Shown: piece by piece, positions 23,689 through 37,065 of the stretch
Position numbering within the stretch: position 1 is the stretch's first letter
How the letters are laid out: the number at the start of each line of letters is the position of its first letter
Assembly: GCA_032718475.1 (NCBI GenBank)
Contig: JAUCBJ010001147.1
Span: forward strand, 1-63,969
Reading direction: 5' to 3'
From: Nemertoderma westbladi
Lineage: Eukaryota; Animalia; Xenacoelomorpha
Length of the DNA stretch: 63,969 nt
Translations under genes and position numbers: made by a program
The notes under the pieces: model-generated
What the model saw: the letters and a program-made list of their open reading frames with translations, nothing else
Told to the model about the DNA's origin: nothing
Database searches by the model: none

Positions 23689-26600
23689 ACTACTACTAGG
23701 TCGAGCGAACTCGGACAGTGGAAATGAGATTCTTCCAGGCTTCTCGATTCTCCATAGTTGTCGCAATTTTGTTTCTCCCAAGTTCAGTATCCCTTTCAAG
23801 TTGATCTATATATGTTATGACCGGTCTTCCACGACTACACTTTCCACGAGTTGGTTGCCAGAGAAGTAGATCTGGTATGACCTCGTCTTTACTTCGTCAG
23901 CAGTGCCCACTGAATCTTAATCTGCGTTCACGGAGGGTGGTTGATACAGGTGGTATTGTACCATAAAGCTCGGCTTTTGTCATGTGTTGTCTCCAGCTGA
24001 TGTTTAGGGCTGCCCTTAGTAGTCTTGGGTAGCAACCATCAATTCGTTGTTCAAGTGATTTAGTCAGTGTCCACTGTCCAGTTCTCACCCCCATATAAAA
24101 ATACACTTTCCACTGTGGCTCGAAAGAACTTAGTCTTCAGGTGCCTGGAGAGATCTAATTTCCAGATGGTATCCATTTTTGATAGAGCTGCCCAAGCCTT
24201 TGCTTTCCTAACTTCTGTGTCCTTTTTGCTACTCTCTATCCATGATCCAAGGTAATGGAAGTCGTCGACCTTCCTTAGTTGATTATTATCAATGGTTGTC
24301 AAGTTTCCATCAACATTAAAGGACATGATTTCGGTCTTGGTAGCATTTATATGCAATCCATCCTCCTTAGCAGCCCTCTCCACTTTATTTAGTAGAAGCT
24401 GTGCATCTGCTAGCGTATTAGAGAGCAGGGCGATGTCATCCGTAAAGTCGGTGTCTGTCACTGTAGTTGCCGGATATCTACTACTTCTGCGTTCTTGAAG
24501 TTTGAATCCCAGATCTTCACCCTTTGTGGCCGTCCTCATTGCGTAATCCAGCACAATTACAAATAGAAATGGTGCTAATGTGTCACCTTGCAGTACGCCA
24601 GCCAGGATTGAGAAAAACTCAGTTTCACCATCTGGTGAGAGTACCTGCGCTTCTGTGTCACAATATAACAATCCAATGCCAGCAACAATTACTTCTGGTA
24701 TTCCATAAGCTCTTAGGATTTCAAGCATTGTACCTCTATGGATGGAATCAAATGCCTTCTTAAAGTCCACAAAAGTCATGACTGCGGGGAGATTCTTTGT
24801 CTTAAATCCTTCAATCAATCTCCGTAGTGCAAGTATCAGAGCTATTGTTGATCTACTTGGTCGAAATCAGTTTTGGCTCTTACACAGTAGTTTCTCTATG
24901 TGAGGTCTAATCCTATATATAATCATTTTATTGTATATTTTGGCAGCTACCACAAGCAGACAGATCCTACGATAGTTTGTTGGTATGCCGAGGTCTCATT
25001 TCTTGGGGAGAGGCTTTAGTTGACCTTTAGTCCAAATTGGTGGTGGCTTTTCCCCTTTTAACATCCGGTTGCAAACATTCAATAATGGTCTGGTTAGCAC
25101 TCCGGTTTTCCATACCTCCGCTGGGATTTCATCTAATCCACTCGCTTAATTATTAGACGTGCTTTTAATGCTTCTTTGGAGTTCGGCAGGTGTGAAGTCA
25201 CCTGTTTCTATAGGTAGTGTCTTGTCATATATTTTCCTTGTAGGTCTGACCTCGATGTTTGGTATAGGAAATATAGGTTTTCTTTTTGGAGTTATTACAG
25301 CCCTGGTGACTAAAAACAAAACAAAACAGGTTCTTTATTATCAATTAATTTCTGCCACTAGGGCCATCTTCAGGATATAATCAAAACAAAACGGACAGAA
25401 ACCACACCGACTACATACAGTTGCTTATATTTACATACATGTTACAATAAAAAAGTACATGTTTTCAACATAATGTTTTCAACATACCTACTCGATGTTT
25501 GGTGGCTGCCCAAGCAAGTTGCTGAAGTGATTATTCCACTTCCCAACACGTTCTTCAAGACTATCGGCTTTGAGGCGCCCCTTTGCACAACTTTTCTGAC
25601 TAGATACCCCATTTGCAGTTTGCCAGGTAAGTCTTGATTGTTGCTGTAGGTGAGCAGTTGTAATTGCTTCAATTTTATCCTGTATGAAATTTTCCTGGCT
25701 GTTGTTGTAGGACAATTTAAGATCGTCCTTAGCTTTCTCAACCTTGTTAATGTTTTCGGTTGTTGGTTGTTAGGTTTTAACTTTATAGGCTATCTTAAGA
25801 TCTTCTCTCTTACAAGTAACCTCAGAGTTTTGCCATGACACATACTGTTTTCGTTTGGGTTTCTGGGGGATATGCCTCTTAGCTGATTCCTTGTGGGCTG
25901 TTATTATATTCTGGTACATTGAATCAGTGGACTGGTCTTCATCCATTGATTGAAGTGCTTCAAAGCAGTTTTGAACTTCTACTGTGCAAGCATCCTTTAC
26001 AGCATTGTCAGTTCTGAGTTTCTCCCACTCATAGTTGATTTGCTTGCTTGTCCTGGGTTGGCTGGCTCTCAAACTGAGTCTGATCTCTGCAGTCACAATT
26101 CTGTGGTCCGAACCAATTAGGTTGAACGAGCTGTATGCTTCGCAGTTGATCATGCTGTTTCTCCACTTTTGTTTATAAGGATGCAATCCAGTTGTGCTTT
26201 GGTTCCATTATGGTATTGAAAGGTCCGTAGCTTCCCCTTACTCTTTTCGAATGTGTTGTTTGTTGGTATCAATTCACATTCTTCCATTAGATCTAAAAGT
26301 AAGTACCCATTTCTATTAGAACTGGTGTTATAGGTGTAACCCTTGATGTCTTGTGGGCCAATTTGCGCATTCAGGTCACCAGCAATGACTTTAACAATGT
26401 CCTTTATAAGTCCAGTCAGATCTTCATAAAACTTGACTGCTTGTTCTGGCTCTGAGGCATTGGTTGGACTGTACTACTCCACCAATTGATGCATTGGCCG
26501 AGTTTCTTACTGCTGAGCTTGTTACTAACGTCCATCCATTTCCAATGTCATTGTACTTCATGGCAGTGTCTTCATGACAAATCCGATGTTCTTGGATGCA

Positions 26601-27070
26601 GATGATGTCGATGTCATATTCCATTGCCAGAGCGACCATGTCACCCTGTTTGGTATGTGCTTTCAGCATGCGTGCGTTCATTGTAGCAATCTTTAATTTT
26701 CATATTTCAACAGGTTGGTTCTTCTTTCTTCTCTGTCTTCTGTTCCAGTAGCCAATTTATCGAGTTGGGTGTACACCAGCCTGGTGTACCACTGAGGGAC
26801 GCGGTCCTTGTTGACCCGGGTGACGACCGAGCCGGTATTTCTCCTGGAGGGTTCTCATACTCATATCTTTCAGTAGCAAGAGTATACCACTTGTGGTCGC
26901 AACTCCTACAAGCGTCTTCGCAGTAGGTCGCCGTTGGTTGATTACCTTCCGCCGACCTTGTCAGCATGTCTAGCCATTGGTTGATTACCTTCCGCCTATC
27001 CATGGCCTACAGCCCTGCTGCTGACTGTAGGGGTACTTTTGTTACACATTGAACCAAGTGTGCCTCCTTG
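23689..27070 (-). mobile_element. RTE-like non-LTR retrotransposon (APE endonuclease + RT), degraded
   Basis: ATMNAR, IICIQEHR, SDHRIV, FVDFKKAFDS, GVLQGDTLAPFLF, DFTDDIALL, FHYLGS, RRLRFSGHC. (TAG)n tail at ~23690. Several stops and frameshifts. The 5' boundary is approximate. Confidence 0.9.
25264..25490 (-). mobile_element. 227-bp insertion with 13-bp TSD, Penelope-like terminal fragment
   Basis: ctcgatgtttggt is duplicated at 25251-25263 and 25491-25503. The minus strand carries cctgaaga...gaaattaatt...aataaa. Confidence 0.65.
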
Positions 27071-28300
27071 GTTAGGTTACCTAACACTGATAGAGGAGCA
27101 TCCACTATAGACAGAGCGGGGCATGTATCATCTCTATTGCAGATGCGTATCAAGCCTCTGCATTCAATGGTGCCCTAGGCGCTATAGCTCTCAATGACTT
27201 ATTTAGTTGACGGGGCTAAAACCAACCCACTCTTGATCAACTAAATAATGAATAGGCTATGCTTATCGGGCCTGCCCTACTGGGCTGATAGCTACAGATA
27301 GTACCACATTACTGCTATAGTGGTAGCAGGATCTGGGGACCTGACCTGACTAGGTCTTAATAGATTTATTCTTATTGTTCCATAGGGCAAATAAAACCTT
27401 ACCATACCAGTCGGGTGGTAACCTGTAGGCCTAGCGGTACCAGTCCGGTACCGTATAACAGTATTAATTCGATTGTGACATATGTGTATATTCGTAGGCT
27501 GTTTAAGAGACTAGGGCCTGTATGTACACCCCTTATTTCTTTTATGGTTTACATATTTCTGTCAACTTTGTTTATCTGTAAGTGCAGTATTGAGCAGAAT
27601 GTGTGTAATCCTGCTCAGATTGTAGAAGTAATTTGTAGGCTGAATTGTTGTCTGATTATTGTTGGGTTTAAAGTGAAACGGTGTTGTGGGTTATTTGTCC
27701 GATAAAGTGCTAGTTAGGAAGTGGAGGCATCCATGTTATAAGGTAAATCCTCCACTGAAGAATAAGTCGTACCACGTAGTCTGGAACGCGTACTAACTAA
27801 TAATTTCATCTAACTTCATCTACTGTAGTTTATTTTAGATTTGATGGTGGTCGGTCATCTTTTCGGCTTGTGTTTTATTTAAATAATCTGTAAAGGTAGC
27901 GTAATACTTATTATTCAAAGTTTATGCAAGTAATTTACAACAATCATGTCCCTAAGTTTATTCCTGCCGTAATTCTGCTAGTTGTACATACCATAATAGT
28001 TAAAGTACTACTTCAGGACTGCTTCGAGTAGGACAGACTGGTGATTTCTTTAGCATCGTATGAATAAGACTAAATACTCCGGTTACTACTGCAGTTGCTG
28101 TGGTTCTTTTAGCTGTTCAAGTATATTTAACTACAGTTATATGTTGTACAAGTGTTAGTATCTAATCTAGGGTTTAGAGTACAGCACTTTCCTGAAATTT
28201 AATTTAGTGTGTACACAGTATATTTGTGTTGTAAAGTGGTTAATAGGTCCATTAGCGTAGGCTACGATAATTAACTTCTAGGTACAGGACACTCTGGGTA

Positions 28301-28929
28301 TGTGGGGCGAGACACGTAGTCGGCGAGCCTTGGCATACGGTTCATATAGGGCAAATGGGGCATGTCCGTCTGTCTGTCTGTCCATCCGTCTGTCTGGTAA
28401 ATGTTTGAACGCGAATTTCTCTGCATCGCTGGTTCGGAATTGAACCAAACTTAGTAGGCAGGTAAGTAGTAGAGAGAAAGTTTAGAAAGTTTGTAAAGTT
28501 TGGTGAAAAATCATGCTGTCTGACGTCAGCTACGACAGATTATGTAGTTTTTAGAAAATGTTAAATTTCTCGGGAAGGCCTCATTTTCCTGAGCTGAAAT
28601 TTTGGTGGCCTGTAGAGAATCATGAAGTCTATCTTTTACGAAATTGAAAAGTTAAGACATTTAATTGGGGATCCGCTAGAGACTCAGAAGTAATGACATA
28701 GGCCTACCGGTACGGTACTGCTGTACAGTGCTGCACTGGTAAGTACGAAATTGCAGAATAACAATTTGACACCACCTAGCGGATTAATATATGATTGTAT
28801 ATCGAATGAATACATTTATAGCATGGGATATTGGGTCCAAACTAGACATGCCCCATTTGCTCTATATGAACCGTATGCCAAGGCTTGCCGACTACGACTA
28901 CGTGCTGCGCGAAGTCCCCACGAACGTGT
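28301..28929 (+). mobile_element. DINE-like non-autonomous element with ~50-bp subterminal inverted repeats
   Basis: Starts tgtggggcgag, carries (gtct)n and ends ccccacgaacgtgt. cgtagtcggcgagccttggcatacggttcatatagggcaaatggggcatgtc is inverted at 28845-28895. Confidence 0.8.
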
Positions 28930-29760
28930 TTGTTTATTGTGTAGACTATAAGCCATCAGCCAGCATATCCTTATCTGGACAACCCGAATTATTGAATGCT
29001 ACTACTATGTATATTAGTTTCAAAATTCCATAAATCCCTGTAAGAACCAGAAATTCGAAGTTCTGGTTAGTAAAATTCTTTTTAAAATTACCCTTAAAAT
29101 TGTATGTGTAACTTTCGTTTATTGTTTATTTAGAGATTGTGTAATCTCAACCTGTTGTACGTATTTAAGTAATTTAGTAGTGATAAGTAACTTAGACAGT
29201 ATAAATTATTCTATTTAGTGTCTAGTAACTCTCCTTTAGGAGCGTTAATACCCTTACTGTAACTTCTGAACTCAGAGATAATAACATCTGTTTCAATATC
29301 CCATTGCGGGTATATATACACGTATCTATTAAATTGATAAAACTTTATTTAATCAGATTTCTAAACCCGTAGGCCTGTTATACACCAATTAGGTCTCGAT
29401 ATATGCTGAACCTATTGCTTGACCTCAGCAATATGTTAAAGGAAAATAATTCCTATAATCTGACTAATCAGTTATTATTTAATTATTGATAATACTGGTA
29501 CTGACAGTAAGCTTATTATATATTTATATAATTTAGGCCAGACACATATACCGGTACTCAGTGATTAATATCGGTCTTCTGTAATACTGTTATATATACT
29601 ATACATTGTATACCAGTATTTGATAAATTGTTATCTACAGTATCTATATTGTATAGAGTAGCAATACGTTATATCTGCAAGACTGACAGTTAATACTGGC
29701 TAGTATTAAGCGCACTTAACTGTTGTTATAGTAATAGGTATTCAGTCAAGATTTTAAACT

Positions 29761-32395
29761 ATGTCTGATTCTAAATACACACTGTCCGATAGCATCTTAG
29801 AACAGACAGTTTGTGAGCCAGACCAGAGTCCAGAAAGGACCTGACTGAGGTCTAAGACCCCACCGACTGTAAGACAGACTACTCCAATGGTAGTTATAAT
29901 GGAACCTAGATTAGTTGAACATCATAGGTCTATTAAAGGCACTAGAGCCCAAGTAAAGCGAGATCAAGCTGTGGTGGCAGAGCAACTACATCAGACTGAC
30001 CAGCAAGTTACCCCGACTCAATCCAGCAATCACAGCTTTAGCACAGAGGACCTGACCTTCAGTGGCCGGTCAGAGGATAGCGGAAGTAGCCTACGCCAAC
30101 CCACTCTTCTCTCTACCTGGAGGAATGCTTACTCAGATTCTTCCGGCTTTGGAGGAGCATTTAGCCGACTGGACACAAAATAGGAGATCGACAAAGCAGA
30201 ATTACGCCGGATACTCGCGGGAGGAATTGGAGTCCTTGGTGGAAACACAATGGAACTTCCCCGGACCCAGAAATCCCTTTAACTTCTCTGAAGTTCCTTA
30301 GGAAGACCTACATCTGCTAGGAGTAACTAGAGATACCAGAGACCCTGCGGTGTGGAAGAGGTTGGCATCTGGGTATGTCCAGGGATTCTTTAATTCCTTA
30401 GGACAACTGGAAACTCAGCTATTCCGAGGACAGTTGGAACCGCAAGCACAAGGATTACTTTTGTACCAAGTGCGGGAGCAGATATTAAGGATTAGACTAA
30501 TTTTGTTGGCATTCGAAGAGGCCTCCAAGAGGAGACAGGATACTTCGCTGCAGGTAGCAGTTTGGGTATGGTTTCAACGAGTAAATGACAAGGTTCAGGG
30601 AATTACCATGTGGACAGCTCAGTTAGCAGATCAACCCGTTTATGGGGAATCCACTGACACTGTTCTTTCTTATGGAGAAGGAGAGGTAGTACCCAAAGAG
30701 CAACCTAAGAGAGACGCTGTCGACATTTATTTGTCGGATTACCAACGATTCATAGGAGATCAGGAGTTAAGGAGATGTCTAGCTGGACTGCACCCTCGCA
30801 GTGAAGCAGCCAGTTACATCCTAGACACAATAGATGCGGAAATGCAAGCCACCGAGCAGTCTAAAGAGGACAAAGCAGCTCTTATAGCAGTAGAAAATGC
30901 TAGAGAAGTAAAGAGGAGATTAATTGAAGAGAAAGCTGAAGCAGCAGAGGAAAAGGCAAGAAAGAAGCTGAAGCAGCTGAGGAAAGGTCAGAGGCTACAT
31001 CTGAAGCATTGGCCCAACTGGAATTGGACACTATCCAAACCCAGCAAGAACTGATATGGAATCAAAGAGAAACGGCTCAGGCGCAACTTAGAAGTCGTTC
31101 AACTTCTAAAAGACAAGTTACCAGACTTGCCCCCCCCCCCCCTGGTAAGGAGAGAATTGGTGAGTACAGATTTAAAATCTAGCAAGTTAATAACACGGAT
31201 GGTCGAATCTGATAGGCTTCCTACTATTCTAGATGAGCCTGAAGTAGTTAAGCCTGTTGTTAAGTCTACCCCATTAGTAGAGACTCCCTTACTGTTCGAA
31301 CCGGATTCTAGATTACCTTTAGAAAGTACAAATACTCCCTGGACCAGTAGCCAAATCCTTATCTTGCAGATTGGCAGTAGACCAGCAAAACGCACGTGAA
31401 GGTTCCACCTAGGTATAGTGGTCGCATTGAATTCACATCTCCCATAGGTCGTGGGTTCAATCCTCACATGGGCCAGGGCAGTTTTCGTTTCATCAAGAAT
31501 GCTTTAAAGGGACCAGCCAGGGTGCATCTCTGCCTTGCATCCTTAAGTGGTAGCTAAATGAGTACTGGAGTTTCCCCTGGGGAGTAAAGTTCTGGAGGGA
31601 CTGCACTGGAAATAAGTTGTCAGACTTTGTGCGTAATCCCCGGCCTAGCGGCCAAAGAAAATTTACTTTACTTTACTTTAACGCAAGTCGTTCGGGCCAG
31701 GACTGTCTTCCGTCACCCCGATGGGCCATCCCGCCACGCCTTTGGCGACTCCCGCTCCAGTGGTTGAATGGATGGAGGAGGGGCGGAGGGAGATGAGCGA
31801 GCTGCTTAGGCAGCTGGCCCAAAATAAGGCCCGGTCTACTGACCAAATAAGGGATTTAGAAGGGACTGTCGGTTCCTTAAAGGGAACAGTACAAGACAAT
31901 AAAATCGAGTTGCAAGAAGTACAGCAACGAATCGCTCTAGAAAGCGATAAATTAGCAAATATAAGAAAGGGTATACCACCACCCTCTGTAACTGCATTTC
32001 AACCTCTTAGGTCTGAATCACATGCGCAAAGTGTAGAACCTACATGCATCTATACTGCTAGTGAAGTGGAAACTCCTATAGCAAATCATACTAATAATAT
32101 TAATAGACCAACTTATAATGATATCCCATATGTGCCTGATAATAATCCGAGAAATGTATTTGCGGATAATTCGATATTGAACAATACGATGGCTCAGAAG
32201 AGTTTTATGCATAAGATGGCTAGAACCAAGGCCCATCAAGCCATAAAGGTGGGAGAAGTTGTCAAGTTTAATGGAAATGAGATGAAGTGGCTGCCTTTTT
32301 ATGAATATTATAAGGACAATATACAAAACTCTGTCCTATCATACGGAGAGAAGTTGCGATTCCTCATCGAGGAATTACTAAACAACATTGAGATT
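29761..32395 (+). pseudogene. BEL/Pao gag (coiled coil + DUF1759-like), disrupted
   Basis: VKFNGNEMKWLPFYEYYKDNIQNSVLSYGEKLRFL is a BEL/Pao gag signature. It is colinear with the 35006->32868 copy. It has stops, frameshifts and a SINE insertion. Confidence 0.75.
31395..31679 (+). mobile_element. tRNA-derived SINE
   Basis: A-box-like tagtggt, B-box gggttcaatcc, central aaatgagtac motif and (tttac)n tail. TSD aacgca at 31389 and 31680. Confidence 0.8.
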
Positions 32396-32867
32396 TCCAT
32401 GAAAAAGCAAGAAATTTACATTAAGAGTATGTCTGTATCGTATGCTTCTACTCAATCCTCAACAGCTACGCCTCCAAAATTTCAGTCATTAATCCTGATG
32501 AATTGTTGTCATACTCTGGTCCTATTGCTGTAGAACCACGAGTGGATTCTCCTAATGGAGGCACTTGTCCAGAAGTTTCCATCTTACAGGTTGTGAATGG
32601 TGTTCGCGCTTTCAGACCTTTAGCAGTTTAACCTGCCAATTTTAGGTGTCCTCTTGTTTATAAATCGACTTTAGCCTATAACAAGTATTTAGTGCACATG
32701 AAGTAACATTAGCCGAAGCCAGTCTATGCGCGATCATTCACCCACAGTTAAGGGAGACTGGATTCGGGTGCTTTGAAGTTATTGCGTTGCAGACCTATGG
32801 TATTATTCGATTGATCGTTACTATATAATCTCTGACAATATTATTCACTTTCGGGGAAATATTAACA

Positions 32868-35006
32868 GAGGGTTACAGAGGGTGGTCGTATACCCTTTTG
32901 TAGATTTACTAACTTATCGCGTTCTAACGCGATACTCTGCTGCACTTCTTGCAACTCTAACCTACCTTCTCTTACTGTTCCCTTTAACTGTTGAACAGTC
33001 CCCTCCAACTCCCGGACCTGTTGGGAGGAACGTTCCTGATGTTCCTCCATCTGCCCGAGCAGGAGATCCATCCCTCGCCGTCGCTCATCCACCAACTCTA
33101 CCGCCAAAGCGGGAGCCGCCAACATAGTAGCGGGCAGACGAGGGATGGCGGGCGATAAATCGTTGATGTCTCGCTTGGCGTCCAGGACTGGAATTGACTT
33201 AAGGGCTGTTCTACTGGGTACAGGTAGTTTAGTACTGTGCAAAGGGAATTTAGAGTTAGGTTCTGGAAGTACAGGGGTCTCTATCACAGAGGGGGTGGCT
33301 TCGAGAACAGGCCTAATTATTTCAGGCTCATCTACTATAGTAGGGAGTCTTTCTACTCTGATAATTAGGTCTGTGTGTTCTGTACTACCTAAGTCTGCAC
33401 TAGCTAGTTGCCTTCTCACAGCTGGGGGCAAATTAGGCAATTTCTGACGGTGGAGCGTTCTTCTACGTCTGCTGGAACGAGATCTATTTCCTCCGCCTTC
33501 AGGATCTGTTGTATCGCCTTCATCAGATGATGTAAATCCCTGTCTCTTGGGAGTAGATCGACTTATCATCTGCATATGACTAGCTGTTCTCTGTTTATTT
33601 AAGTAGTCTTGCTTCTCTTGAAGATTTTCCAACTCTAGTTGGGCTGTCTCTTCAGATGCCCTCCGTTCTGCTGCTGCCACTGCCTCTGCCGCTTTTCTTT
33701 CCACTTCTACCGCTGCCTCTGCCACTTTTCTTTCAGCCTCTGCCGCTTTTGTTTCTGCTTCTGCCGCTGCCGCTGCCGCTGCCGCTGCCGTTGCCGCTTT
33801 TCATTCAACTTCTGCCGCCGCCGCTGCTGCTGTCTTTCTGTCTTCTATCTGCTTTTTCTTTAATTGTTCTTCCTGTTCTCTAGCGATGAGGATTCTTTCA
33901 TCAAATTTAGCCTGATCCGCGGCTAACATTTCCGCATCTAATGAGTCTAACACAAATTTGGCTCCCTCACTATTAGGGTGAAGTCCAGCTAGCCGTCTCC
34001 TCAACTCTTTGTCACCTATAAATCGTTGATAGTCCGACAGATCAATAGCATCCTTCTTCTGAGGTTTCTCTGATGTAACGTCGCTTTCCACCTGAGAAAA
34101 GGTAGCGTCTGTTGATTCTCCGTGGATCGCGCGCTCAGTTAGCTGAATTTTCCATTGGGTTGTTCCTTGGACTTTAAGACTCACCCGTTGGAACCAAGTC
34201 TTTACGGCGACTTGCAACGACGTGTCTTGGCTTCTCTTCGAGGCTTCCTCAAAGGCTGAAAGGATTAGTCTGATTCTTAGGATTCGTTCTCGAACTTGAT
34301 AAAGCAGCTCTCCCTGCTCTTGAGGTCCTTGGGGTTGTTGGAACAGTTGTTCATCTAATCGCTCCAAAGAGCTGAAGAATCCCTGTACATATCCGGCTGC
34401 CGACCTCTTCCACACAGCTGGATCTCTAGTGTCCTTTACCACTCCCATCCTGTATAAGTCCTCCCAGGCAGCTTCCGATAAGTTAAACGGGAGTCCGGGT
34501 CCGGGGAAGTTCCATTGCGTCTCGACAATAGACTTCAGTTCCTCCATTGTGTATCCCACATAACTGTCCTTGGTCGATCGCTTACTTCTCGCCCAATCGA
34601 TTTGATGTTCCTCCACCGCAATCAATACCCTAGTGAGTACGGCTTCAGGAAGAATGAGAAGTGGATCCGAATAAACTGCTTCTGCCATCTTTGCTCCGCG
34701 CTCGGGTGTCAACTCTACAGTATCTGAACTACTGGAGCTATTGGGCCGCTGAGAAATAAGTTCTCGGTTCGGGTGTTGCTGCTGTTTAACAGCTGCCTCT
34801 TGGTCCCGCCTGATTTGAGCCCGAGTGCCTATGATAGACCTACGGTGCTTTACTAGCCTAGGGTCTGATACTACTACTGGAGGGATGACCTTTCTTACAG
34901 TAGGAGGGGACTTGGATTTTGGTCTCAAATGTTCGGCACTCCTGTCGGAGTCGCAGACTGTTCTTTCTAGGAGACTATTTGACAGAGTTTGCTTTGTGTC
35001 AGCCAT
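32868..35006 (-). pseudogene. BEL/Pao gag N-terminal part, truncated
   Basis: ORFs 33801..35006 and 32862..33725 align with copy 1 (VETQWNFPGP, GYVQGFF, DYQRFIGD, PPSVT). It ends abruptly at the LTR remnant. Confidence 0.75.
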
Positions 35007-36879
35007 GTTTGATTGTACAGTTGAATGCCTACTACTATAACGACAGTTAAAGTAAGTCTAGTAATTCAGTATCCACTGTAAGCCTAGTAATTAATTACCG
35101 ATACTGTTACTCAATGTAATGCGATATATATATAATATATTAGAATACCGGTATACACTTATAGTATATATATAAGTATTATTACAGACTAGGGTTTGTC
35201 ACAGAATACCGGTATATAATTTCAGCATAAATATATAGAAATATATATAATAAGCCTACCGTAAATACCGGTATACAGCATACACTTATAGTATATATAT
35301 AAGTATTATTACAGACTAGGGTTTGTCACAGAATACCGGTATATAATTTCAGCATAAATATATAGAAATATATATAATAAGCCTATCGTAAATACTGGTA
35401 ATGTCAATTATTTTACGATGCCTACATTTCTGAATTTTAGGATTACTTTCCTTTACTTTATTACTGTTATTAAGCGGTAGTTCAACTGATATTAAGACCT
35501 AATTGATGTATGACAGGCCTACTATTTTATAAATCGGTTTGAGTTGATTTATAATATATATATACCCGTATAATGGGTTTTTAACAATATTTGAAATAAA
35601 TGTTATTATTTCTGGTAAGGAGTCACTACACAGAAGCTGAACGCTCTCAGTGGAGTGCTACTAGTTGGACACTAAAACAAATAATTCTACTTTACTAAGT
35701 TACTTATTACTACAAATTACATACAATTACTGTGTAGGATTACAATTTCTAAATAAACACCAAAGTTACACGTACAAATTTTAGGGTAATTTCACAGGAA
35801 ATCTACAAACAATAGACAAATATATTTTTGTAAGATATATTTTGTAAATCTATTATTGTTCGCGCTTTCAGACCTTTAGCAGTTTAACCTGCCAATTTTA
35901 GGTGTCCTCTTGTTTATAAATCGACTTTAGCCTATAACAAGTATTTAGTGCACATGAAGTAACATTAGCCGAAGCCAGTCTATGCGCGATCATTCACCCA
36001 CAGTTAAGGGAGACTGGATTCGGGTGCTTTGAAGTTATTGCGTTGCAGACCTACGGTATTATTCGATTGATCGTTACTATATAATCTCTGACAATATTAT
36101 TCACTTTCGGGGAAATATTAACAGTTCCTTTAGGACGTGGCGCTTTAAGTATAAAAACAGAGTTATGACTTATACTACACACAACGAGATGGCTACTGAT
36201 TTTCGTAAATAGCGCATTCTTTAGGAGATGCTTTATTATCTGTCACACTACTGCATACGACTTCACACTGCTGCACACTGATCTGTCGACCGTCACTGAA
36301 TTTGATCATATATAAGGAGGATAGCAACTGACACATGTAGGGATTATGAAATAGCATTTAATTCACACCAAAACCACTATAATGTAAGTCGCAATTGCTA
36401 CAGGTAACCGGTCCCTCTTACCTTCAGTAATCAAGAAGATTGGGGTTTTATGATTATTTATCGGTATTCTCCAAATATAACAACATATCCATCAACATAT
36501 AACAATTAATACCAGACAGTAAACAGAAGTAAAATAATGCAGTTTGGTATGCATTGCAGTACCGCAGGTGCCAAGTGACCAGTTGTTATGTGTATCCAGT
36601 CAGATAATAGATTTACGTTCTTATAATCAAAGCCGTCTAATGTTGGCCAAAGTGTGAAACTTCTACAGAAGCACAGAATTGTTTCCAAGCCGATGTTCTG
36701 AGGCTCAGAAAGGTAAACAAAAACCGTAATGCATTGCGCGGTTTTCCGTAGGCCTCTGTACAAGATAAAATGAAAATCGCTCTGATTGGCTGAGAGAGCT
36801 GAACAAAGAGATGTTCCACGTTTACAGTAAATCAGCTGATAGATTTCGTCATCTGAGTTCCAGTCTTTTAGAGTATTAG

Positions 36880-37065
36880 GCGCATTGCGGCAGAAAATGG
36901 CTTGTTATGTCCACTAAAGCACTTACACGGTACATTGCGGAGAAAATGGCTTGTTGTGTCCGCTAAAACACCTACACGGTACATTGCGGAGAAAATGGCT
37001 TGTTATGTCCGCTAAAACACCTACACGGTACATTGCGGAGAAAAATGACTTGTTATATCCGCAAA
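36880..37065. repeat. ~47-bp tandem repeat inside the LTR
   Basis: cattgcggagaaaatggcttgttatgtccgctaaaacacctacacggta x ~4. Confidence 0.85.

Larger units (their letters stand above)
19627..32395 (+). mobile_element. BEL/Pao LTR retrotransposon copy 1 (5' LTR 19627-23672, leader, gag), heavily nested and 3'-truncated
   Basis: The LTR starts tgttaaagcttttgcgg and ends aaagcgcaaaca, and is homologous to the copy-2 LTR (37075->35857). It is ~1.21 kb after removing the 20043-22875 insert. Leader 29085-29760 is homologous to 35790->35007. Confidence 0.75.

Noticed and set aside
33639-33883. Cys/Arg- and Leu/Pro-rich plus-strand ORFs
   Set aside because: Antisense readings of the Ala/Glu-rich gag coiled coil.
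32601-36123. 267-bp direct repeats as complete LTRs
   Set aside because: There is no TSD at 36124. Homology to copy 1 and the AATGG TSD show the LTR extends to 37075.
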